A DNA stretch of 64,000 nucleotides from Hormiphora californensis (taxonomy: Eukaryota > Animalia > Ctenophora), in contig CM035355.1 in assembly GCA_020137815.1 (NCBI GenBank), positions 5,146,001-5,210,000 of the forward strand, in the 5' to 3' direction. Positions 44,801 to 55,943 of the stretch are shown here, piece by piece. Made by a program: the position numbers and the translations under genes. Positions within the stretch are counted from its first letter, which is position 1. The number at the start of each line of letters is the position of its first letter. Below the pieces are notes generated by a model. It was not told the origin of the DNA. It searched no databases and was given only the letters and a program-made list of their open reading frames with translations.

Positions 44801-47559
44801 ATAGTTTCGGAGTCCTACCGAGCTTTGCTATATCATCTAGGACAGAAATAGTTACTCCTTGTCCAAAGTGTTCCTGTGCACTGAGGATAAGCCCCTTGGC
44901 TATTAACTGATGAGCTCGGATCGCCTTGTAGTAGTCAGGCTTAATCATCACCTTGTCTACAGCACTATCTGCCCCATGAAACACAATAGTTACTGCTGTT
45001 TCAAGCCCACTTCCACCCATTATCTTACCCATAGCACCGAGGAATGCTTTTATCTGATGGAATCCTCCAAGTCTCAGCAGGATTGGATACATGTCGGGTT
45101 GTGCAGTGATGATTTCTAAAGCCTTCACAAATAGTTGGTAGTCAAACGTGACCAGGGCTGCCAATTTTCCCATTTCTTTTGCTGCCCGCATAAACATATC
45201 AAGGGTCGTATTGATTGTTGACCAATCAGTCGGTGATGCATCGACGACTGGCATAAACTCGATCTTTGAAACCCTTTCATTGAAGTTTGGTGAGTCAGCA
45301 CGACATGCCATGAATTCCCCCCAACTCTTCCATTCTCCGGGTGCTGGGTCCGCCAGTAGCCAGTCTGAGTCATCAGGATGCACTGTGATTTTGCTTGAAC
45401 CATATTCCAGATCACCGAGGGGCTTGAGTTCCAACGTGTTCAACTTAGCCGAACTTTTCTTATAGAAGTACGGTACAATGTCTACTGAAGCTTCCTTTAA
45501 TAAAGTGTTCTTCTCCGTAGGATCGACAGCCTTCTTTTCGATCAGCTTGTCAGGAACAGATGATGTATTGGGTTTGAAATCGCTTGTTATTTTGATTGCA
45601 CCCATAACATGGACAGAGGTAATCGCGGTGGCTGTTGTCATCATAAGATCCATATTATCACCAGCATATTGGACTTTGGCATCCGTTACTGGAACTGTCA
45701 CTGAACTGGAACTATCGCTGATGTTTCTTCTTAACCAACTCCACAAGTATGACTGTGAAGTTTTATAAGGCACAACAATCCCTATAAGAGCCAACAGATC
45801 GTTTAACGACTTTTTGTTGTACCTCTTCTTCAGATCCACGGCTAACCCCAGCATGAAGGGTGATGTAGGAGCACGTGGGCACAGCTGCCTGAATACGATT
45901 TGAGAATATATCTGTGCCAGGGTCTTGTTGGGTATCAGTCCCTCCATTAACCAAAGAAGGCTTTCTGGCACTGCTGGGTCAGGTGCTTCCATTTCAGATA
46001 GTGTAGGGTAGAAGGTTTTGCCAGACCGTGAGCACTTGGCATCGTCCTTTACTACCTTGAGGACTGTATCTATCATTGCCTTCTTCGGGTTGCCTCCTTT
46101 GTTCGTTTTAGCTGCTTCGTGGTACTCTCGAATTATTTTCTCCACATTACTTTTAAAGCAGAGCACGTCCCGTTTGCCCTCACTGGAGATGAATTCCAAG
46201 GTTTCCCCAAACTCCTTTTTCAGCAGGTCCCTGAACATAACAAGAGAGTAGATTTCTCGTCCCCGTGCAATCGACTCCATGTATTGGTGCAATTCCGCGA
46301 GGGTGAATGTTAACTCAAGTGATGCATCATCCAGATAGTGAAGAGTTTCCTCAAACACCAATCGCTTCTCTTGGTCAGGGGTGTTTCCTTGTTTCTTCGG
46401 TATCCACGACCTTCCTTGAAAGAATTTGACGTGACAATGTATCTCGTACCATGCCTCTGCTGCTACAAGGTCGTTGATTGACTGGAGCCGCTCGAGGACT
46501 TCAAGACCCCATTGATCATTTCTTTGTTCGGCGTGTGTTCTCATTTTCGCTGTCTCCTCCAAGGTCTCAACTCTCCGGCATTTATCTAAACCTGAAGAAT
46601 AATGGTTTTGATTAGCTGTATGTATGTTGTCAGAAACAACTTGTTACATAGAAACGTAGAATTAGTTGTTAAGATTAATACCTTTTGCTTTTTTACTCAT
46701 GGCAATGGTGTTGAGCTGCTTTCCACAGAGAATACATGTATCCTTGAATGGTAGAAGGGCAGCCCTGTCAGGCGGAACGTGTTCATGAAGTGAGCTTGAC
46801 GTTCTTGGTGACTGTCTTACCAACTTCGGCTGCTTCTCACATTCTGAGAAATGGAATTGAAAGAAATGAGGATTGAAGAATGATTCTATATCAGTCAACG
46901 AACAAAAGGGTTAACTCACCATTCTTAAACTGGCGATATTTGTTGTGAATCTTCTTTCTGCAAGTGTTATGGATAAAGATATTATCTTGATCAGATTCAT
47001 ATCGTTCAACAACATCCGTCCAGCCCAGCTCCTTAACTTTAGCTAAAAGTGCCGGTCCAGCAGTCCCAACAACCGCAAGGTGATCCGCGTCGGCACCAGT
47101 TAAACCACATTTAAAACATGAAGGACTAGTCATAGGAATCCAAATTCATGCTATTAGGAGTTATGGGGTGTTAGAATGCCCGAAAATGACACAATTTGGT
47201 GGGAGGGGGGTCCTGAAAAATGATAATGCAAATTCTAAGGGTGCGCATATGTATAATTGCATAATTAACCAATTAACTCATTAAATAATTGAGTAAGGTC
47301 ATTTATTTTGGTTTCTACCCCCACTAATGTGATGTTTCTGCACATTTTAGTGCCCCTATTTGTCTTCTAACTCCTTCCCTGAGCAAAGTTACAAAATTCA
47401 TGCGCGCCGACCACGCCCACCCGGAAATGAGGCCTTAGCACCCCTGAGCAAATATGAGCATTGGTTGGAATCGATAGAGGGGACCCTTAGGAGTACGTTT
47501 CAGGTGGAAATCCTTTGTAACAAATTTTTTTCTGGTGCTCATGGATTATCACCTTACTA
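41877..47559 (-). mobile_element. Full-length Academ-superfamily (XPG-nuclease-encoding, AcademX-type) DNA transposon, 5683 bp
   Basis: Inverted repeats ~41914-42206 and ~47239-47532 (two mismatches seen by eye over ~290 bp), plus terminal TAATAAGGTGAT / ATCACCTTACTA. A 3-bp ACT duplication lies at 41874-41876 and 47560-47562. The element encodes a transposase + XPG-like + Cys-rich protein. Confidence 0.88.
42453..47133 (-). CDS. Academ-type transposase fused to XPG/FEN1-like PIN nuclease and C-terminal Cys-rich (CXC-like) finger, 1441 aa, five exons
   Basis: Exons 47133-46920, 46843-46682, 46591-43782, 43700-43625 and 43516-42453 total 4326 nt in frame, ATG to TAA, all GT-AG. Transposase-region motifs: YAGDNMD, VTFDYQL, LRLGGFH, FIRAERT, WSDLSMEQTLMR. 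PIN/H3TH motifs: FIDGGWLL, VVVFDGY, DADT, NDTD, FSGCDTVSSIFGRGK. C-terminal: CNCNGQCTTNRCTCFKNNVRC..C..C...C. Confidence 0.88.
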
Positions 47560-48928
47560 ACTGTAAATTATACAGAACAGGGGACCGGAAATCCAGGAAT
47601 TCACAGTTCTTTGACCTTTGTTTTTACTTATTCAAACCCAATATATTAATCCACCAAACGACTCTCATTTTGCCGGTCATGACCTCGTGCTTATCTGATG
47701 GAATTATATTTCTGAGAGGGGCCGGGTGGGGCATTCTTTTCAGTTTTAAAACATTTGTCGCCCCTCTTTACCCATATGTTATCACTTGTTGAGGGGTGTA
47801 CTACTCACGGGGCCTTCTTAGAAATTCTTTGGAGGGGCATAATCTCGAGTCGCCTGACAATGTGTCCACCATAAAAGTATCGACAATTCAAGCATACCTA
47901 ATCAGTTATTTATCAATTATCACTCGCTAATGTACCTCTCTCTCCTTCAGGCTAACATCTGAGGTACAGTAAAGCTGTCAGACATGGAAAAACAAGGAAA
48001 GAGTGATCTTGAAGCGGAACAGGGCGTGATATGAGCCAGATGAAAATGGATTGGTTCCAAGAAGGTCCGGTGGAATATTTATTGAATTGACGTGAGATGC
48101 TTGGACAGTAGAGCAAATGTCACAAGCCATGATAAATGGTAATTGATAATTGATTGCGATGAGAGATACGGAAAAGAATGTACAATACAAATATAGGTTG
48201 ATTTTTCTTAAACACCCAGTATATATTATTCCGATCTCTTTACAACTATAAATATGTATTAAATAATAACTGCAGATAGAATAATATCTGACGAAGTTTC
48301 GCCCTCCCTCTCTCTCTCGACTTTCTGCATTTCAATATCTGCAGCAGAAGGAGTTGTGTTTTGGTGGAGCTTAATTATTTTTGTATTTATGTTGAAATTA
48401 ATATTTGTAGTACATGTACAAAATTATGTAGATAGATCGCTAACTAAAATTATTATCTTTTTCTTGATGACGAAAAGCTTTAAACAATACCGTTAATTTA
48501 CAATTTCTCTCTTTGAGACTTCAGCTGGATCAACTTCAAGTGATGAGCTTTTTGGCTGTCGTAATAATAACTTGCTTCAAAGTTAAAAAGCAAGAGCAGT
48601 TTCAGTGTTTAGATGTTTGTGAGACTGTTTGTGTGTTTGTACTTGTAGATGAGAGTGCGTTAGAAATTTCGCTAGGCGACTCTAATTCTATGTTTACGTG
48701 GTGATATGTAGTATGTTTTTTAGAAAACTAAACTCGTACCTCTCCTGTTATATTTCCAAACTTAACTCTCTTAAAACCTCCCCTTACAATTACTTACAAT
48801 TGCGAATAGAAATGTTTAAACGCACCAATTCAGCTGACTGTGTGTTTTATGTGTGTTGTGGCTTTGAAAGATTCTAAAAAACCAGCGTTTCATTTCTTAT
48901 CTGATTCTAAAAAACTGGCCAAATGGCA

Positions 48929-49156
48929 GAGGCCGGGGAATGGGGCCGGGATCACTGTCGTCCTGATCCATTGAAATGTTCCCAGTTTACTTCCAGTTAG
49001 ATAGTCTGTAGACGCCATCAGTGATACAGATATCTGTAATTCTGTATCACTGATGTCTTCGACAGACTATTATAGAAGTATAAAACTGAACTGGGAACAA
49101 TTCAATTGATCACTCAGGCCCAGGATGATCCCCATTTGAATGCATTCCCCGGCCTC
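48929..49156. mobile_element. ~230-bp imperfect palindromic (hairpin) MITE-like element
   Basis: Ends GAGGCCGGGGAATG / CATTCCCCGGCCTC; inner arms TGTTCCCAGTT / AACTGGGAACA, ATAGTCTGT / ACAGACTAT and CATCAGTGATACAGA / TCTGTATCACTGATG. Confidence 0.7.
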
Positions 49157-49786
49157 TATCTCAATCTGCAGCTGCAGATTGAGATAGAGGCATGCAGCTC
49201 AGCTCAGATAGTGCAGTGATAGCGGCATAAATAGAGCTAGATTGAATACTCAGTCTCACTCTCAGAGATATCACATGCTGCCCTTCAGCTTCCCCGGCCT
49301 GGAGAAAGATTTAGTGTAATTTACACTGTAATGCAATGGGACACGCTTAATTTTGGTGTTTTGTAGGCAATTGAACGCCGCGCGAACAAAACTGCGCGGC
49401 TCGGCAGTTTTAAAATTGGTTTGGTTTTTTGGTCAGTTTGCTTTGTTTACAAGATGGCCGTTTTTACTTTTTTCTAAATTTTACTACTGCCCGTCGCCCA
49501 CCGATTGCGGATTGTCGTCATCAATGTCTCTTGACAAAAGGTTTGAAACCCCCTCATACCCCTACCCGCTCTAGCAGCTATCTTTGGTCTACGGTCAGCC
49601 TAATGACTAATCCCGAATTCTGGGTCCCCGGCCACTGGCCAGGGAGGCTGGAAGGGGCACCGCACCACTGTTTGGAGAATGGGGTGGGTGATTGTGGTTC
49701 CGTTCAATAATTCCGTGCAATAATTCAATTGTTGACGGTGTTGCTTTCAAATCAGTCTGGCTTTCGGGGACCAGGCTGCAAATTAT

Positions 49787-49826
49787 GGACTCTGGACTCT
49801 GGACTCTGGACTCTGGACTCTGGACT
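49787..49826. repeat. 7-bp tandem repeat (TGGACTC) x~5.5
   Basis: Directly visible. Confidence 0.9.
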
Positions 49827-50344
49827 TCAAATGTGATGCCTAGACTCTAGAGGAAACAGGAATGTTCGATCGATGTTGTTGGGAGCTCAAGGAGTCAAAG
49901 TTGATTTCGTCCTTTTAAACACACATCAATCTACTCGTGTGAGCTCTCCAGGTTTTTTTGTAACCCCTCCGTACCATGTCATGTTAAAACTCCTGTCTCT
50001 GTATTTGCCTTCAGAATCCAACGTGACAGGATTTTATCGTGATTATCACGTAAAGTTACAAATTCCCTGGGGCTTCAATGGTCAGCTCGATGATCTCTTG
50101 CCCATCCAATTCACAAAATGGTGCACCTATAATATCTGTTGCTAAATTTGTAATCCTCCTGTTGTACCAACCGGGTGCAGCCCATACTTATAACTGTATA
50201 ATAATTGAACATTCGTAAACATTCGTAAATAAATTTAGTATTGTAAACAAAGCTTTAGCTCAAAAGGAGCCAACACTCAGATGACATGGAAAGTCAGCAG
50301 GTTATATGTATCAGCCAAATGACAATGAAAAGCAAAACACATTT

Positions 50345-52261
50345 CTATGATTCGCCCATCTCTTTAAACACGCTGGGGTCATTTCTCCAATCAATCAAGG
50401 AGTTACTGTGCTCCACCCGGTAACCGCGGACAGGTGGCTGGTCGGGAATGGTATTTAAGTAGGACCCAAGGGACTGTTTCAACTCGAGCAGTGATGTTGC
50501 CTCTCTCACTGCACGGGGTAGGGAATTCCACAACTGTGCTCCTCTAACACCGAATGATGAGTCATAAGGGCCAGATATGGATTTTTGAGCGAGGTAATTG
50601 TAACGGGGGACCAATGCTCTGGTACCAAGACGGGTGTGCTCAGTAAACAGGAGACCCGTGCCGTTTGGAACTACCTCATGAAGAACCTTCCAGACATGGA
50701 TAATCATGTATCGCTCACGACGCCGCTGGAGGGACAAGATACCAAGATGTTGGAGCCGATCCCAGTACCCTATGCCGGAACAGCTCTCAATCCTACGTGT
50801 GAAGTGTCTCTGAGCCTCTTCAACCAGGGCGATATCAGACTTTTTCACCGGGCTCCATAATGGACAGCAGTACTCCACCTGAGGCCTTATGATGGACTTC
50901 AGTAACGTTAGCATAGTATCATCGGATCTATCCCGAAATACACTAAGTGCCCAGCCACTCATGCGTCTAGCCTTGGCAGTAATGCTGCCTATGTGTTCTG
51001 ACCAAGTGCAGTCTGCAGATACAAGGACCCCTAGATCTCTCACGGTGAAACTTGGTGATATTGTCTCGCCTCCGGGACCATTGTAAAGATAATTGTCAGT
51101 GGAGAAAGGAAGCTCCCTCAGGAGTTGGGTGGAGCGAAGTGTATAATTTATCACCTCAAACTTATCCTGATGGAGTGACATATTGTTGTCTGAAGCCCAA
51201 CGTCCAAATTCATTAAGACTCAGTTGCAGGTTATCTCTGTCGTTGAGTGACCTGATCGCTTTCCACAGCTTGGAGTCATCTGCAAAAGTTAGGACTGTTC
51301 CAGCAAGAAGTGATTCAATGTCTATCATATAAACCAAGAACAGAAGCGGGCCAAGAACAGTGCCCTGGGGGACTCCACTGATAACGAGTTCCGGCCGAGA
51401 CTGAACTCCATCCACCACTACTGTCTGTATTCTAGCTGAAAGAAAGTCACTTATCCAGCGGAGCAGTCTTCCACGTATGCCATACTTCTCAAGCTTGCCT
51501 AATAAAACCTTGATATCGACTTTATCAAACGCTTTCTCCATGTCTAAATAAACGACATCCACTTCCAGACCGTTATTCAGTTCACGCATGATGTTGTCAT
51601 AGTGGTTCAAAAGTTGGGTCAGACAGCTCCTATTTCTCCGAAAGCCGTGCTGACCATCATTGAAGATTCCATTTCCCTCCAGGTGATCTACGACTTTATT
51701 CCTCACAACCCTTTCAAAAGTTTTTATCATATGGGATGTCAGGGCAACAGGGCGATAGTTTTTAGCCTCCATCTTTGAACCCTTTTTGAAAATTGGAGTC
51801 ACCTGTTGACGTTTGAGACAACCTGGTACAACACCCTCAGTGAATGAACGATTCCAGAGCAACCACAGCGGGTATGCTAGCTGTTTCCGGCACTTTGACA
51901 GTATAACCGCAGGTATGTCATCTGAAGGTGCTCCAGCGTAGGGGTCCAATTCAGCCAGTGCAGCTTCAATACAACCAGGAGTGAAGTCCAGTTCATCTAG
52001 CGTGCAGGTCGTAGAAGGAATGTCCTTGATGGCCTCCTCAACCGAGCACATGGACGGATCACTGAATACTCCTACATATTGCGACTGGAGAATATTTGAC
52101 TTTTCCAGAGGGTCATCAGTCACTGTACCATCAGGTCTCAGGAGTGGAGCCACACTCGATTTGATTTTTCGGTGCTTGTTGACGAAGGACCAGAAGAACC
52201 GTGAATTTGATTTGATAGTGTCAATGGCTTTCCTCTCCTTTACTTCCAGCAGGCCTAACAA
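50345..52261 (-). mobile_element. Non-LTR retrotransposon (CR1/L2-group LINE) ORF2: reverse transcriptase and C-terminal region; endonuclease part missing or lost in noisy sequence
   Basis: Uninterrupted 638-codon frame with NYRPVALTS, QHGFR..RSC, YLDMEKAFDKV, SGVPQGTVLGPLLF, FADD, RDLGV, EYCCPLWSP and LWNSLP. The frame start is not a true initiator; upstream sequence degrades at ~52300. Confidence 0.93.
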
Positions 52262-52319
52262 GTACGCCTTAATCTTATCGGCTGTCTTGTCTTTTCTTGC
52301 TTTTGGATTTTCAAATGAG

Positions 52320-54900
52320 GGAGTGGTTTTTTAGCATCTCTTTTTTGGGCCCAAATTTTTAACCCGGATTTTAATTTTTTTCGCCCCCTTTTTCAGTCTT
52401 TCTCGGGGAAGGGATTCTCTTTTCGGGGTTACAAAACCTCTTTCTCTTGTGTTTTTTTCAAATTACCCTCAGTATTTCCTCTGATCACTGAAACAAAGAG
52501 TGGCCATCATCGTCTGGGGTAAAAGGAGGATAGGAGGGGTGTCCCAATAAATATGTCGCCTCCCTCTCCTGAGCATTTTAAAATCTGCGGTTGGGGTAGT
52601 TGGGTGAAGTTCCAAAAAACCCAAAATTAAACACATCTAAGGGTTTGGTTGGCGAATATGGGGGCATGTTGTGCTAAAAACGACTTTTGGGAAAAAAAAT
52701 AGCTGAAAATTTGGGGGTTTTTAAAATTAGGGTTTCCAAAAAATAAAAACTTCTCTCTTAAATTTTCCTCTCTCTTGTCCGCTAATTTCTTTTTTAAAAA
52801 TCGGACTTTCATTTGGGGAAAAAAAAGGGGAAAAAAACCCCTCTCGTATTTGGTTTTGTTTCAATTTTGCAAATTGCCCCCCTTTGTTTAACCATTACCT
52901 GCTGTTATTTTGCCAGCTACGGTAGCCCCATCTAATTGGTGCTAGTTAGTATTATCACTCTCCACCGTCTGATAAGTGATAATCATGAGACATGACTGCT
53001 GAATAATTACTGGTTTTATGACGCATACATGCTAATCCAACTTCTGTTTTCTTTCCTTCCGGTAATTCAGTGTCTCTGTTTAGTGTTTCCTCCGTCTCTC
53101 CGCAAGTCCCAGGGTTTGGGCCCCTTTTTATTAAAAAATCTTTTAAGGGAAACTTCTAAAAACTGGTAAACCCAGAAGGGGGAGAATAATGGGTCAAACC
53201 CGCTAATATTAAACGAAGAGCCTGTGGGCTATCTTCCCTAAGGTCCATCCCGTTTTTTCATTCTCCATCGCTCGCTTTTTTCTCTCTCTGTTTTTTTCTC
53301 TCCCCTCTCTCTATCTTCTCTCTCTCTCCCCTTCTCTCTCTCTCTCTCTCTCCCTCTCTCCTCTCTCTCTCTCTCTCTCTCTCCTCTCTCTCCTCTCTCT
53401 CTCCTTCTCTTCTCCTTTTCCTCCTCCTCTCTCTCTCTCTCCCCTCTCTCTCTCTCTCTCTCTCCTCTCCTCCCTCCCTTATTTTCCCTTTTCTTCTGTG
53501 TTTTTTCAGACAATGCCCCCAACACGGGCCAAAAAATAAACTTTGTGCACATTATTATCCATCCCTTCTCTCTCTATCATTCTATCTATCTCTCTTTCAT
53601 CATTTTTTCTATCCCCTTTGAGGGCTTTTCTGTCTGTCTGTAATTTTTGGTTTTTTTTGGGGGTTTTTTCCCTTTTTAAATTTCTTTTTGGGGAAAAAAA
53701 AAAACCCCAAATTTTTTTAATTTTTTCCCCTTAAACCCTTTAAAAATTTTTTTGTTTCCCCCCTTTTTTCCCATTTTTTCCTCTTTTCTTTTTTTCCCCT
53801 TTTTTCTTTTTTTAACCCCCCCCCTTTTTTTAATTTTTCCCCAAAAAGGCCCGGAAAGGGGGGTTTTGCCCTTCCCTTTTGCCCGTTAACCCTTTGGCCC
53901 TCAAAAACCCCCCCCTTTTTCCCCCGGGGAAAAAAAAAATTTTTTTTTTCCCCCTTTTTTTAAAAAAATTTTTTTTTTTTTCCCCCTTTTTTTTTCCCCC
54001 CTTTTTTTTTTTTTCCCCCCCCCCCCCCCCCCTTTTTTTTCCCCCCTCCCCAAAGGGGCGGGGGCCCCCCCTTCCCCCCCCCCCCCTTTTTTTTTTCCCC
54101 CCCCAAACCTTTTAATTTTTTTTTTTTTTTAAAAAAAAGGGCGGGTAAAATGGGGGACAAAAAATTTTTTTTCCCCCCCGGGGGGGAAAAGGGGGGGGGG
54201 GCCCCCGTTTTTAAAAAAAGGGTTTTTTTTTTAAAAAAAATTTTTTTTTTTTGGGTTTAAAAAAATAAAGGGGGGCCCCCCCCCCCTTTTTGGGGGGGGG
54301 GGGAAAAAAAATTTTTCCCCCCCTTTTTTTTTTTTCCCCCCCCCAAAGGGGGAAAAAAAAGGAGGGGAAAAAAAGGGGGAAAAAGGGGGGGGGAGGGAAA
54401 AGGGAGGGGGGGAAAAGAATAAGAGGGAGGCCCGGGGGAAAGGGGGGGGGGGGGAAAAAAAAATGGAGAGAAGAAGAGAGAGAGGAGAGGAGAGAGAGAG
54501 AAGGGAGGAGGAGAGGAGGAGAGGAGAGGGGGGGAGAGGAGGGGGAAAGGAAAGGGGAAAAAAAGGGAGAGGAAGGGGAAAGGGGGGGGGGGAAAAGGAG
54601 GAAAGAGGGGCCCCCCCCAAACTTTGGGGGAGGGAGGAGGGGGGGGGGTTTTTTTTTGGGGGGGGGGGGGAAGGGGGAATTTGGGGGGCCCTGGGGGGGG
54701 ATTTTTCCCTTTTTGCCTTTTCTGCAAAATTTTCTACCCCCCTTTTTTTTTTTTTTTTTTCTTAACCCCTTTTCCCTTCTCTCTCTCCTCTTTTCCCCTC
54801 TCCCCTTTTTTCCCCCCTCTCTCAAAACCCAAAGTTCCGAGCAATAACCGAGTCCCCTTTTTCTCCCACCTTTTCCCCCCCGGGAAGTGTATGAACAAAC
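52320..54900. other. Low-quality, homopolymer/CT-rich sequence (probable noise)
   Basis: Long homopolymer runs; the ORFs here translate as poly-P/G/K/F. Confidence 0.75.
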
Positions 54901-55943
54901 GAAACCAGGAAAAGAACCACATATTTCGAGAAATTGGTTTCCTTTCATTTATGGGTTTACCGACGTTTTTGTCAGCCGAACTAGACTTTAATCACTACTA
55001 TATTATTACAACTAGACTCCTCGAAAAATGTCTAGAAAAACCCTTTTATATGCTCGGAACTAGGTATTACCTCCATCGACTTCCCCCCCAATGTGGGGAT
55101 GTTACAATTTGCCTTTGTACCGGCCCCCAGTTAGAGTAGTCCTACAACTGCCTAACTCGTATTCTCCCTCTCCCCCCCTCCCCCAGCGAACGTAAAAAGT
55201 TGGGAACTTCTCCCCCCATCTATATCTCCACATACTTTCCCTTTTTTCCCGTAGTCGGTGGCGAAAGCGCGTGGGGTAGCGCAATAATTGCTAAAAAAAT
55301 GATCTAACATTTTTTTTTTCATCACCATGTCTTAGAAGTTTTTATATAACCCCAAGTTAGGTGGCGCCACTCTAGTTTTGCATGCATTAGCCTGGGGCTT
55401 TCTCTCTCTCTCTCTCCTCTTCTTCTTCTCTCTCTCTCTCTCTCTCTTTTCTCTCTCCTCTCTCTCTTTCTCTCCGGTTCTAGTTTGTGTACACTTCCCC
55501 TATGTCGCGCTAACAGCCGGTGTTTTTACAAAAAATTTATCTTCACTATGACACTAGAGTGAAGAGGCATCACTCTCATGGTATCTTTATATTTTCTCAG
55601 ACTGACTACTTCTCAGTCTACCTAATTACATAGTTTTGCCCCGGTCCGATAGAAAGTATAGGGCCCTCGATAGACACAGAGGTCCCTAGTGGTGATTCTG
55701 TTGCCCTCGCTTCCCTCTCGCCCTTGTCTACTTCATCTGTTACATAGTATAATGACGCCTCTCTCATCCTATCTTTTTATCTCTCTTTCTCTCTCCCTGT
55801 TTCTCTCCTTCTCTCTCAAATTCGTACCATATTGTTCCTGGCGCCACTTATTTGAATATAATAAACTCATTTTAATGCATTATTATATGCACCATACCTT
55901 AACAAATTGTCACCGAATCCTGACTTGTGAGTTGGGGGCATAT

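Noticed and set aside
53238-55139. Long Pro/Gly/Lys-rich ORFs up to 245 aa
   Set aside because: Stop-free only because the sequence is homopolymeric noise.
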